64,000 nt of DNA, from the NCBI RefSeq assembly GCF_000143415.4, contig NW_003314321.1, positions 1 through 64,000 on the forward strand. Direction: 5' to 3'. Source of the stretch: Selaginella moellendorffii (Eukaryota > Plantae > Lycopodiophyta). The translations under genes were made by a program, and so were the position numbers. Shown here in pieces: positions 12,524 to 24,107 of the stretch (position 1 is its first letter; each line of letters opens with the position of its first letter). Under the pieces are notes generated by a model. The model did not search any database and was not told where the DNA came from. It worked only from the letters and a program-made list of their open reading frames with translations.

Positions 12524-13472
12524 GAATGCGGAGGGGGAACTGACTCGTAGCATTTTGATTGAGCAGTATCACCTACGTGACACACCGAACCATGTGATGA
12601 GAAAGGGGGCAATTTTGTTGCGATGGCTTCTGGGAAAACTCGACAAATATCCCACGGGTTTTGCAAACGCTGATTATTTCTAATTTTGTTTTTTCTTCTT
12701 CTTTAATTGGAATGATGTTTTCTCTGGTTTTTATGTTCAGAGTGTGTTGTAATGACCGGACTGGTTGTTCAAAAGACAAAACTTGGACACGGGCGGCAAA
12801 GCGTAGTCCAAACTTCGTCTCGTGAAACGCAAGTATTTGGACCCCACGGTCCGGTACGTCTTTGTAAAATTCTTCTTTCTAATGTGCCAAGCAAAATCTT
12901 TATAGTTTTCTATAGGTTACTTCCCCTTTATAGTTCATGCTTGTGCCATTCCTTTTCCTTTTCCAAGGTCTAGTGATTTGGATCGGTCCCCCGCTCTGAA
13001 TGACGACTCTAGCTTTTTTCATTCATTGTTGTCCTTGTTGTAATAGAGACGTGCGTAATCGTGGCTTAAAAGTACAGGTAACTGAACTTGAAGAAAATCT
13101 TGTCTGATACAATTGGATCGGGAAGCTTCATAGCCAGGAGCACTTGCGATACATCCCCGTGACTCAAGTTTGAACGGCGCTTGGTCAGGATGAATCTAGA
13201 AAACTTGACGGTGGAGACGTAAGACTATGACTGACGAGCGCTCGAGAGCAAATTTCTAGACGTAATGGGGGGACAGCGATGAGGGGTACATCTATTCAAA
13301 GTGGTCCAACGCATGCATGTCGCAGTGGCATCTCGCATGGAGTTTTGTTGAAAGTCTATTGACCGTCTAGAGCTGAGAATATCCCCAATACACGAATTTC
13401 CTCCATATTTATATGCTCAGTGTTTTCCTGTCGAGGCTGGAGAGGATGAGGCTGGGGAGACGAGTTGCAGTA

Positions 13473-14423
13473 ATGGAGAAATTGCCGGGATTTCGATTTT
13501 CACCCACGGAGTACGAGCTCGTTGGATACTACTTGAGGAAAATGGCCGAGGAGAAGGAATTGGGAGTGGAACTCATTGCGGTTATCGACCTGGTCAAGCA
13601 CGATCCATGGGAGTTGCCTGGTGAGCTCTCTTGCTTCCTTTTTTGCTCTTGCTTTTCCTTTTGTGCTCTTGCTTTTTTGCTCTTGCATTGTTGCTCTTGC
13701 TACTGCTGCTCCAGCGACGAATTCTAAACAATTGTCTCCCTCGGACTTCAGACCTGGCGATTTCTCTCGCACACATGGGAGACACCGAGTGGTATTTCTT
13801 CGTGCCAAGGCAGCACAAGTACCCGAATGGTTCCAGGCCAAACCGAGTGACGCCATCGGGCTACTGGAAGGCTACTGGAACTGACAAGCCAGTCATGGAC
13901 AAGGAGAGCAACACCAGCATTGGATTGAGAAAAACCCTCGTGTTCTACAAAGGCAAGGCACCGAAAGGAGAGAAGACTCCATGGATCATGAGCGAATATA
14001 GGCTCCCCGACGAGCAAAACGCGCAGTTCAAGGTGCTGTAGTCGAGAGTTCCTCCATCTTGCTGATTGTTTCAATGGTATGTGTGTGCAGAACGAATTTA
14101 CGCTTTGCAAGATCTATAGGAAAAGCGGGAGTGGAGCCTACAACAAGAACAGTCCTGGATGTTCTCTCGATGTTCAAAAAGGAGAGAGCAGTTCTGATTC
14201 GGATATGAGCCCCTCGGAGCTTCAGGTTGTGGCCGAGGACGATCAAAACGACGACAAGGGGACAATTCGAGCGGATGAGGAGGCAGACCACAAGGAGCAA
14301 CTGGACAATATCATGTTTTCTGGCTTTGAGGACATAGAACATCTACCTTCCGCTGATCCAGCTCCAGGTTGGGGATACAGTCTTCCTGAAGCGTTTCAGT
14401 GGAATAACAGTCTAGATGGATAA
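13473..14423 (+). CDS. NAC-domain transcription factor, 3 exons (~13473-13621, 13752-14032, 14091-14423)
   Basis: [74 protein letters not shown]; start may be the upstream ATG at 13446. Confidence 0.92.
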
Positions 14424-14515
14424 AATGTTTGCTGTAATTGTTTGAGAATATTACATCTTCTGTAATTATATATTAATAAATCCCATTGGGTGCTGCTTGT
14501 CCTCTCTCTCTCTAT

Positions 14516-14664
14516 ATCTACCTTCCGCTGATCCAGCTCCAGGTTGGGGATACAGTCTTCCTGTAGAGTTTCAGTGGAATAACAGTCTAGATGGATGAAA
14601 TGTTGTTTGAGAATATTTAAAGAATATTACATCTTTATATTAATAAATGCCATTGGGTGCTGCT

Positions 14665-14690
<26 letters not shown>
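14516..14690 (+). repeat. Short tandem duplicate of the NAC 3' end followed by a (CT)n microsatellite
   Basis: ATCTACCTTCCGCTGATCCAGCTCCAGG...GATGGA repeats 14341-14420; (CT)n at ~14665-14692. Confidence 0.8.
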
Positions 14691-14696
<6 letters not shown>

Positions 14697-15528
14697 GAGA
14701 TTGCTCTTCTTGCGTTTTGAATGACAAGGTCGTCCCCAATCACTCTTGTCCCTGCCTGGAACCGGGACGCCTTCTTTCACTTTGACGATGTCCACCAGCT
14801 CCTCGTGGTCAGCCTTTGCTGCAGCGCGGAGGTTCAAAGACTTTTGAAGGAAATGCGAGGCTGGGCGATTGCACGCGACATGCTTGGTCTCATGTGAAAG
14901 CCATTCGGCCAGCCGAATGCTTTTTAGATAGACAAGATAATCACCAGCTTGTTTGCATAAACACAATGCCTGGAGTGTTTTGATACCTTGTGCAAAACAC
15001 ACTGTGGACCGTGGAAACGTCAACAAGACAAAAGAGTGGGTTCTCTTAAGCAGATTCGTAAGTATTGCGGCAATTTGAAAGAGAGCCAGTTTCGTCCTCG
15101 CTCTGTTCTGGGCATATGTTGTGAGCTTTGCAATTGCAATGCCAGTCAGCGTACACAATGCCAGTCAGCGTCCTGGAACAACATGGTCTCAGCAAATTTC
15201 CACGCCCATCTCCTTCACGTTGACCAGACAAAAGGCCACTGGCGTTTGACTTTGGCTGGCCCACGTATCAACGCTTTTGGGCCAGGCTACATCCACGAGA
15301 ATCTGCTTTGGACGGGTCTCGTTTGCCGAGGGAAGGTCTTCACTTGCAAGACCACGATTTAGCCTGCATCTTCCATACGCCGCCTTGTTCCTTCCTCGTG
15401 GAATCGAAGTCCATCATTCGTTTGAGCTTTCAACAGCGTTATTTTGATTCTTTGACGGCACATATTTATAGATATATTAGACATATAAACTCCCATTTTT
15501 TTAGGTCAGGGATCACAGCAAAAAAGGA

Positions 15529-16128
15529 ATGAAGCAAGTTCGCGAGAGGCTTTACATCAGCAACGCCGACGACGCGGGGATCTATCTATGCGGGATCATG
15601 CAAGGATTCACTCACGTCCTCTCACTGGCACCGGTGTGCCTCCACCCACAGTGTAACTTCATCGACACGGTGCCGCCGCATCGCCTTCGCAAGTTCCAGG
15701 CCGTGGAATCCAAGCTCGAGAAACTTTGCCCAGGTATGGTAGGCAAGCCGCCAGTGCGCAAGATAATCCCCTTGCTGGACAAGGAGGACCAGGACATACT
15801 CCCCGTGCTGCAAGAGTGTCTTGAGTTTATCGACGAGGGCATGGAGCAGGGCATGGTGCTCGTCCACTGCGTTGGCGGTCGGTCTCGCAGCGCATCCGTG
15901 GTGATTGCGTATTTGATGTGGAAGGAAGGGTGTAGCTTCGATGAGGCGCTCGAGAGCTTGCTCGCGTGTCGGAAGTGTGTTCGTCCCAACGATGGATTTA
16001 TCACGCAGCTGCAAGAGTTTGAGTCTACGCTGAGGGGAGAAGGGGAGCTTGGTTCTAGGAAAGTTTCTAGGAGAGATTTAGAGAAAGAACTTACATGTAG
16101 GCTGTGTAACAAAACCTTTATGGGATAA
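15529..16128 (+). CDS. Dual-specificity protein phosphatase (DUSP12/YVH1-like), intronless, apparently C-terminally truncated
   Basis: VLVHCVGGRSRSASVVIAYLM, PNDGFITQL; stops just after CRLC, where a YVH1-type Zn domain would begin. Confidence 0.75.
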   Translation: MKQVRERLYISNADDAGIYLCGIMQGFTHVLSLAPVCLHPQCNFIDTVPPHRLRKFQAVESKLEKLCPGMVGKPPVRKIIPLLDKEDQDILPVLQECLEFIDEGMEQGMVLVHCVGGRSRSASVVIAYLMWKEGCSFDEALESLLACRKCVRPNDGFITQLQEFESTLRGEGELGSRKVSRRDLEKELTCRLCNKTFMG

Positions 16129-16682
16129 ATAAAAAGGTATGGTTAGAGCCTCTACTGGCTCCAACTTGGAACTTCTGATCTAGAGTACGACACTTCAAGC
16201 GATTCAATCGTGGAGCAGAGCGTTCAGGATCTTGTTCTTCACCATGTAAGCGTGTGGCGAGCTTTGAACGACGACAACGCTCTATAGGTTTGAGAAGCAT
16301 CTATCGTCTTTGGGTGGCTACACCTTGCAGCACGTCACCACCGCTGCCAAATTGAAGATGGTTGTGGATGAATCTTAAGAGAACCCACTCTTTTGCCTTT
16401 TTGACGTTTCCACAGTCCACAGTGTGTTTTGCACAAGGTATCAAAACACTCCAGGCATTGTGTTTATCCACTATTGCATGCAAACAAGCTGGTGATTATC
16501 TTGTCAATCTAAAAACCATTCGGCTAACCAATCTAAAATTTGCCGAATGGTTTTGGTTGCCGAATGCCGAAAGGCTGACCACGAGGAGCTAGTGGACATC
16601 GTCAAATTGAAAGAAGGCGTCCCGGTTCCAAGAGTGATTGGGGGACGACCTTGTCATTCAAAACACGAGAAGAGAAATCTCA

Positions 16683-16724
<42 letters not shown>

Positions 16725-16934
16725 GAGAAAGAGAGAGAGTGGATCCTTAAAAACCATTTGCCCTAAAATAAACCATGACATTTATTAATATAAAACTATG
16801 GAGGATATAATATTCTTTGAATATCCTCAAACAATTACAGCAAACATTTTATCCATCTAGACTGTTATTCCACTGAAACGCTTCAGGAAGACTGTATCCC
16901 CAACCTGGAGTTGGATCAGCGGAAGGTAGATGTT

Positions 16935-17306
16935 CTATGTCCTCAAAGCCAGAAAATTGTCCAGTTGCTCCTTGTGGTCTGCCTCCTCATCCGCTCGAAT
17001 TGTCCCCTTGTCGTCGTTTTGATCGTCCTCGGCCACAACCTGAAGCTCCGAGGGGCTCATATCCGAATCAGAACTGCTCTCTCCTTTTTGAACATCGAGA
17101 GAACATCCAGGACTGTTCTTGTTGTAGGCTCCACTCCCGCTTTTCCTATAGATCTTGCAAAGCGTAAATTCGTTGAAGTTACACTGTGGGTGGAGGCACA
17201 CCGGTGCCAGTGAGAGGACGTGAGTGAATCCTTGCATGATCCCGCATAGATAGATCCCCGCGTCGTCGGCGTTGCTGATGTAAAGCCTCTCGCGAACTTG
17301 CTTCAT
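16935..17306 (-). pseudogene. Chimeric ORF: first 44 aa of the phosphatase fused in frame to NAC exon 3
   Basis: MKQVRERL...PQCNF|[11 protein letters not shown]...; junction at 17174/17175; a small deletion frameshifts the NAC tail. Confidence 0.85.
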
Positions 17307-18429
17307 TCCTTTTTGGCTGTGATCCCTGACCTAAGAAAATGGGAGTTTATATTTCTAATCTATGTATAAATATGTGCCGTCAAAGAATCAAAATACGCTG
17401 TTGAAAGCTCAAACGAATGATGGACTTTGATTCCACGAGGAAGGAACAAGGCGGCGTATGGAAGATGCAGGCTAAATCCTGGTCTTGCAAGTGAAGATCT
17501 TGAGACCCGTCCAAAGCAGATTCTCGTGGATATAGCCTGGCCCAAAAGCGTTGATACGTGGGCCAGCCAAAGTCAAACGCCAGTGGCCTTTTGTCTGGTC
17601 AACGTGAAGGAGATGGAAATCTGCTTAGACCATGTTGTTCCAGGACGATGACTGGCATTGTGTGGAACAAGATTTGAGCTTTTGCAAGTCGCTGTGCATA
17701 AATCTTCATCAATTTGCGGTCAGGAAAGAGCTTTTGGATGGCGGAATTTCAATTGCAAAGCTCACAACATATGCCCAGAACAGAGCGGGCATCTTAGGAC
17801 GAAACTGGCTCTCTTTCAAATTGCCGCAATACTGGTGAATACTGCTTCCTGCCATCGCTACAAGCCCAAGCTGGGATTGCCCGAGGTCGCACTAACGGCG
17901 GAAGACGGCTGTGTGTAGAATCACCCGAGTCTTTGCCCGCTTTGTCAGCCGAGGAACTGTGATCACCAGCCCAAACGAGTGTTTCAAGCATCTCCTCCTG
18001 CGACTTCTCTGTTACATGAGATTCAATGAGACACGCTTTGGTTTGATCACGACTTGGGAAGCGACGTGGTTCATTGTTGCCGATGCGAGCTACACGGCGG
18101 TGGGGGATCTCGGAGCCTGTTTCCCAGGAGCTCGAGGCCCTTGCTCCATCTCTGCTTCGTTCTCCAGCTCGCTGTGGACGAAGCGGAGCCATTGAAGATG
18201 ATGCAGCATAAGGGAGGAGCCTGCCATTCCTTCTTCAAGAGTTTGGAGACGGCCGAGAGCATCGGGGAGCAATTCATGGAAACGGTGCGCTCGGACTTCG
18301 GCTGGGGGGTGGCCATGCACAGCGACGTGACGCAAAAGCTCCAGCTGTTACCGTGGAGTGTTACCGTGAGTCAACCCATATAGTGAGGGACTTGACTGAA
18401 TGGCAGAGTCAACCCTTGGTATCTTTGTT

Positions 18430-21063
18430 TCAGCCACAGTAAGTGTTGGAGAGCATGACATAGGTGGTGTGGTGCCTGGGATCCATCCCAAACAACTCGT
18501 CGGCAGCTCGTCTCCCAAGCACCAAATCTCCATGGTTGCTACATCCCCCAAGCAAGCTCCTCCATGTCACGGCGCTGGCCGGATCTGGGAGCTTCTCGAT
18601 CAGCGCCTCGGCCTCCCCGAGCTTCCCAGCCCGGCACAGCAGATCCACAATGCTGCCGTAGTGATCCGGCCCCGGATCAATCTCATACTCGCCCCGCATC
18701 AGCTGGAAGCACTCGTACGCCTTGTCTAGCAGCCCCGCGTGACTACACGCCGAGAGTATCACCGTGAGCGTCACCTTGTCCGGCGACCACCCTGCTTGTT
18801 CCATCCCTCTCACCAGTTCCACCGCCTGGAGCGCCTGTCCGTGCTGGGCACACGCCGTGATCATCGAGTTCCAGGTGATCAAGTCGCCGTGGTACGAGCC
18901 CATCGCGTGGAACATCGCTTGCGAGACTTCCCAGCTTCCACACCGCGAGTACATGGTGACCAGCGCGTTGAAGAGGCCTGTGTCAGATTCCAGCGAGAGG
19001 TTGAGCTCGGAAACGAGGCCGTGAAGCTTCTTGCCGTGCGAGAGGCTGGCGTGCGAGGCACAGGCCGAGAGCATGGTGAGCAGCGTCACTCTGTCCACTC
19101 TTATCCCTTCCAGTAGCATCCGGGCGAAGAGCCTGACGACCACGGCTTCGTTTTCCTGCTGCTCGTGTGGAGCCTCTGAAGGACGCTGTCTCTGTTGGAT
19201 GCACGCCCCTAGCATCGAGTTCCAGGTGACCGTGTCTGAGTGCTGCATCCTCTCGAAGATCTCCCAGGCGGTGTCCACGTCTCCACTCTTGGCGTACATG
19301 TTTACCAGCAAAGTTCCCACTGTGGAGTCCAGATCAAGCAAGCACTCGGCAACCTGTTCGTGGATTCTGCGGCCTTCCACGGACGATCCAAGAGCAGCCA
19401 CTGCGTTGAGCACCGAGACGAATACGCTCTTTCTCGGTCGCGTTCCCTCCTGCTGCATTCTCCGGTAGAAACTCAAAGCTTCCTCCGGTTTGCCCTGCTG
19501 CGTGTGCGCGTTGATGAGCGCGTTCCAGGTGAGAGCGTCCCGGAACTCGTCAGGCACGCTGCTGAAAATCTCCCTGGCAATTAGAAGCTCCCCACATTTG
19601 CCATACATGTTTACCAGAGCGGTGAAGACGTCGGTGGATTCGACCCCGGTCTCCCGGACCAAGTAGTGCACGAGCTTGCCTTGCTTGAGCGCTCCCAAGT
19701 TGGAGCAAGCGTTCAGTGCAGCTACAAAGACTCCATCCTCGGGAATCAAGCCGTGCGAATGCATAAGGTGGAATTCTCTCAGCACGTCCTGGTCGTGTCC
19801 CTGCTGGGAAGCATACGCTGCAACAATCGAGTTCCATGAAACTGAGTCCGGGACCAAAATCTCACCAAGCACGCTCTCAGCAACATCCAAATACCCGCAC
19901 TTCCCAAACAAGCTCACCAATGCAGTCTTAACCAAATCATCTCCAAACAACCCACACTCAACCACGCAGTCGACGACAGTCTTACCAGCAGTCATCTCGG
20001 CCAGGCCCGCGCAAGCGTTGAGAGCAGCCAGAAAAGTCACCTTGTTGGCGCTGACGCCTTCCAGCTGCATGAGGCTGAAAAGCTCCACGGCCTGGACAAA
20101 GTTCCTGGTCTGCGTGTATGCTCCCATCAGCGAGTTCCAGGCAACCGGAGCCGCGTGCTTGTCACCCATCTCGTCGAAGAGCTGTCTTGCTCGGTCAACA
20201 TCTCCGCACTTCCCGTACATGTTAAGAACCGAATTGCCGACGACAACATCGGATCCATATCCATACTTGTCCGTAGCTTCGTGGATCAGTCTGCCAACAG
20301 ATAGATCTTCGGCAACAGTGCACGATGAGAGCATGCTGATGAAAGTGACTTCGTTGGGAACCACGCCACTGTTCTCCATGGCCCGGAAGATGTCCCAGAT
20401 CTGACAAGCGTGTCCTGGAACGGCTGCATGAGCTGCAATGAGAGCACTCCAAGTGATCTCATTCCTGCTTTCCATGGAACCGAAGACAGCCTCGGCGTCA
20501 GCCACGCTGCCACAGACAGCGTACATGTTGATGAGAGCCGTCCCAACGACGATGTTCGAGGTAGACAGTCCAGCTTCGTCGACCAGCCCGTGGATCCATC
20601 TGCACTCCTCGAGCCTCTCGTCACAGCACGACTTGATCACAGAGATAAAGCTTACGATGTTTGCCATCTTGGAGTCCAGCAGCAGCAGCTTCCGAAAGAG
20701 GCCCAGTCCCTGCCTGGAATGCCCGTTCTGGGCATACGCTGTGATCATCGCATTGAACGACACCACATTCTTCTCTTCGATGCCATCGAAGGCCGCAGCT
20801 GCGTCGCGCACGCAGCCCAGTCGCCCATACAAGTTGATGAGATGGTTTCCCAGAGACTTGTTCCCTCTGAATCCCCGGCGAGTGATCTCCGCCTCGAGCT
20901 GCTTGGCCGCCCTCGGCGATCCCGACCTGCTGCAAGCTTGGATCAAGCCCGCAAAACCATACACATCTATTACCTTGTCCTTGTGTCTCTCTAGATGCTG
21001 GAGTAGAGCTCTTTCCAGCTCGCAGGAGTGAGGAGGAACTGCCCATCTCCTCAGTATCATCAC
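18430..21063 (-). CDS. PLS-class pentatricopeptide repeat protein with E domain, no DYW (organellar RNA-editing factor type)
   Basis: 877 aa intronless ORF; repeated ALVNMYGKCG/WNALI/FVSVLxAC motifs; HYGSIVDLLCRAG, TWRSLLGGC, YVMLSNTY. Confidence 0.92.
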   Translation of the reverse strand: MMILRRWAVPPHSCELERALLQHLERHKDKVIDVYGFAGLIQACSRSGSPRAAKQLEAEITRRGFRGNKSLGNHLINLYGRLGCVRDAAAAFDGIEEKNVVSFNAMITAYAQNGHSRQGLGLFRKLLLLDSKMANIVSFISVIKSCCDERLEECRWIHGLVDEAGLSTSNIVVGTALINMYAVCGSVADAEAVFGSMESRNEITWSALIAAHAAVPGHACQIWDIFRAMENSGVVPNEVTFISMLSSCTVAEDLSVGRLIHEATDKYGYGSDVVVGNSVLNMYGKCGDVDRARQLFDEMGDKHAAPVAWNSLMGAYTQTRNFVQAVELFSLMQLEGVSANKVTFLAALNACAGLAEMTAGKTVVDCVVECGLFGDDLVKTALVSLFGKCGYLDVAESVLGEILVPDSVSWNSIVAAYASQQGHDQDVLREFHLMHSHGLIPEDGVFVAALNACSNLGALKQGKLVHYLVRETGVESTDVFTALVNMYGKCGELLIAREIFSSVPDEFRDALTWNALINAHTQQGKPEEALSFYRRMQQEGTRPRKSVFVSVLNAVAALGSSVEGRRIHEQVAECLLDLDSTVGTLLVNMYAKSGDVDTAWEIFERMQHSDTVTWNSMLGACIQQRQRPSEAPHEQQENEAVVVRLFARMLLEGIRVDRVTLLTMLSACASHASLSHGKKLHGLVSELNLSLESDTGLFNALVTMYSRCGSWEVSQAMFHAMGSYHGDLITWNSMITACAQHGQALQAVELVRGMEQAGWSPDKVTLTVILSACSHAGLLDKAYECFQLMRGEYEIDPGPDHYGSIVDLLCRAGKLGEAEALIEKLPDPASAVTWRSLLGGCSNHGDLVLGRRAADELFGMDPRHHTTYVMLSNTYCG

Positions 21064-21157
21064 TCATCTCTCTAGCGCCTAAACAAAAGAAGAGAGAGGA
21101 TTGTCAAGTAAAAAAGCGTCTCAAGTTCGAAACGCTTACATGGATTTCTCTGTTCTA

Positions 21158-21841
21158 TCAAGCCGAGGTCCAGAGCGAAGGATCAAACGAGTACCGTGGT
21201 TCCCACCTCCAGGCGCGACGATCGCGCGCTATCTTCGCTGGAATCCTGTTCGCCAGCATCTCATCCGTGACATGGAACTGCGATGGAGAGATTTAAGAAG
21301 AAAGGGTGTTTGATCGAGTGGGTGTTTGCTTGCACGCTAACCTTGGAAGCACATCCTCTCAAGCACGCCTTGTCGCATCTCTATTCAGCCAGAAAGAAGA
21401 AGATTGAGACATCAATGGATCGAAAATCTGGCTATTACCCGAGATTGGAACTTATTGCCGGGAGATCGGTCAAGCGCCGCGGTCCATTCAAACTTCTCGC
21501 CCTTGTAGATCGGATCCTTGTGACACAGCGCCCGGCAATTCTCGATACCTGCGATCGATCGAAACGAAACCAGATCAAGGCAAGAACAGCTGAAAATCTC
21601 AATATTCTTCCGAAATATCGTCCCGCGATGGGAATGCCAGCACTCACATTCATCCCAGCTCTCGCCGCCGCTACCGCACCCCTTCTTGCAGTACACTCGC
21701 CCTGCAAACAGAGCGTGAATCAAACACGCACACAAGAACTCCCTTGCATCTACATGGAATGTCTTTTATCGCGCCATAGCGCCGGAGGCAGGAGCTATTA
21801 CACTGCGATGCTTCCTCGTCGCGACGATCGAACGCCCCCAT
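21158..21841 (-). CDS. Small Cys-rich protein of unknown function, 5 exons (not recovered whole by the ORF track)
   Basis: Manual splicing with GT-AG introns gives MGAFDRRDEEASQCNSSCLRRYGAIKDIPWRVYCKKGC..ENCRALCHKDP..DRSPG..CDKACLRGCASKF..WTSA*. Confidence 0.7.
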
Positions 21842-22074
21842 CTCCAACTAAGAACCCTAAAACTTGGAATAAACTAGACTAGTCAAGAAGAATATCCTTA
21901 TTTAATTTGAAAACAACCAAACGAGTCTTCTATACAGTAGTAGCACTGCCTTTCGCTCTCCCGGGCCTTCGATAGAAAAAAGAAAAGCACGGCCTTTCTT
22001 CGCTCGAGGAAATCAATCACCTGTAAGGATATGTTGGTGTGTGTACTCTATATACACAAAGCTGGCTTGGATTT

Positions 22075-23045
22075 TCACAAGGCCATCTCGGCTTGCAAGG
22101 CAGCAAGCTCGTCGTCCTCGGCGGTGCTTTGCTTTTGTGCTGGAGCTCGCTGGCGAGCTGGTTGCGCCGGACGCGCTGGAGCTGCTGGGAGCTGTGTCGC
22201 TGGAGCCGTGGTCGCTGGCTTGAGGAGTTCCTCCTCCAGTTCCAGGCCTTCCAGATCTTCCAGCTCTTGCTCCAATTCATCCTGGAAAGTTGTGTTGTTT
22301 AGATAACATGAGATGGATCGCATCTGGATTGAGCTCGCTTACCTCGTCGAAGTCTGTGCCTCCGAATGGCGAAGACAACGCTTCTTGGATTTGCTTCATG
22401 TTGTCTGTCTGTTCGTTGATCTCGTCCATGGTCTTGTCTACGTCATCAATGTTTCTGGAGAAGAAAACCACAGAAAGGATAAGAGAAAACTGGGAAGAGT
22501 ACGAGAACTTACGTCTCTGCTTGTATTTGTTTCATGGCATGAGCCCCACTTCTCAGCGCGTCGACGGTTTCGGTAGTGGCTTTAGCACCCTCGAGCATAA
22601 TCATCTGTGCAGACAAAGCACAAAAACCTTGGGAGTTTCGTCACGAAAAAAAACCATTTTGAAGATCCACTCTACCTGATCGTGAATGCGAAGCTGGAAG
22701 TTCCCAAGTTGCTCTACTTGAATCTCGTAGAGCTTCTTTCTCTTCAAGCACGCAATAGCACCTACACACAACATACTGTTGACAGAAGAAAAATTAAAGG
22801 ACACAAACCCTTTTTGTTCTTCTCCCGAGTGAATCCTTTCGCCCTCTCCACCTCCGCCGCGATCTTCTTCTGCAGCACGCGCTCCTTCTTCTCGAGCATC
22901 TCGAGCGTCTGCCGGGATCGAATTGATGAGAAACCCCCCAAACCCGAGAGCCACAAAATTCTCTTACCTCGTTGAGCTTGTCGAGCGTCGCTACTGTGGT
23001 CGCAGCTGCCTCCTGCTTGGGCTTGCCGAAGAATCGGGTAAACAT
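22075..23045 (-). CDS. VPS32: ESCRT-III subunit SNF7/VPS32
   Basis: MFTRFFGKPKQE, TLEMLEKKERVL, CLKRKKLYE..LGNFQLRIHDQ, DDVDKTMDEINEQ, ELAALQAEMAL*. Confidence 0.95.
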
Positions 23046-23221
23046 GATGGCGATGCCGGGCCACTAGCTCTGGCGATCTAATACGAATCTACAAACCTAA
23101 ATGGCTCCTCTTTTTAGGGTTCTTCGAGCGCGTGGACACGTCACCAGAACAAAGGGCAAAATCTTAGCCCTATCTTTGGATTTCAAATTTTCAAAAAGCC
23201 CTAGTTTCTTCCCGAATTTGA

Positions 23222-23950
23222 TCAGTCGATTCCAGCGGCTTTCATCAGATTGGAGAATTCCCTGAAATTGAGATGAGAATCTCTGTCCTCGTCGTACGCG
23301 CCAAAGATAGTTTGCACCAGCTGCGAGCGAAATCACAAGAAAATTGCTGGAGATCATCCAAATTTCTCATCAGTTACCTGGGTGATCTGGGGCTGGAGAA
23401 GCTGATCGTTTGCTAGAAGCATGGCATCCGCAACTTCATACTTGGAGAGCTTGCCATCCGCGTCTTTGTCGTAAAACTTGAAAAGAACTGCCAAGAACAC
23501 ACCATCAATATGCGAAGAGATTTGGGAGAAATTCACTGACCATCAAGCCGGGAAGAGCCCATGACACCCGCATTCATCGTCCTGTTTGTCATCACGGCGT
23601 CGCAAATCTCCCTGAAGCTGATCTTGCCGCTCTTGTCCTGGTCCACCACGACAAATAGCCTCTCGATGCATTGATTCCCTGCAAGAATCGACCAGGATTG
23701 GATCGAGGGGAGGGGGAAAATCGAGACCCAAGAGTACCTGGGCCAAACAATGCCAAGAATTTGTCTCGCGTGATCTCGGCGGCCTCCTTGTCCATGGCGC
23801 CCGAGTATCGGCATCTCGCGCGCCTCCTCTCCGTGAACGTCACTAGAAATCCCCTAGCAAGAAAGAAATTGAGCTCACTCGCGCCTCGAATCGATCTGGA
23901 GGGGTTTCGTTACTTCTGGGCCCGCTCGCGAAGCAGCTGATGTTTCCCAT
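23222..23950 (-). CDS. N-myristoylated EF-hand calcium sensor (calcineurin-B/NCS-like)
   Basis: Starts MGNISC; EF loops DQDKSGKISFRE, DKDADGKLSKYE, DEDRDSHLNFRE (last exon assembled manually). Confidence 0.7.
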
Positions 23951-24107
23951 CGATCCCTCGGCCACGGCATTTTCGAAAACATTAGGGCTAGATTTTCGCG
24001 GGAACATTCAGCCGGCGCGCCCGCGCCACGTCATTCCAACCGTCGCCACGTTTGCGAGGAATTCTATCACTTTTAATCTTAGCTTTTTTGCCATTGATAT
24101 CTCTATA

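Noticed and set aside
17835-18400. Coding-like fragments between the inverted duplication and the PPR gene
   Set aside because: Broken frames and no family I can identify; probably pseudogene debris
21283-21882. 199 aa + strand ORF
   Set aside because: No recognisable motif; antisense shadow of the spliced minus-strand gene
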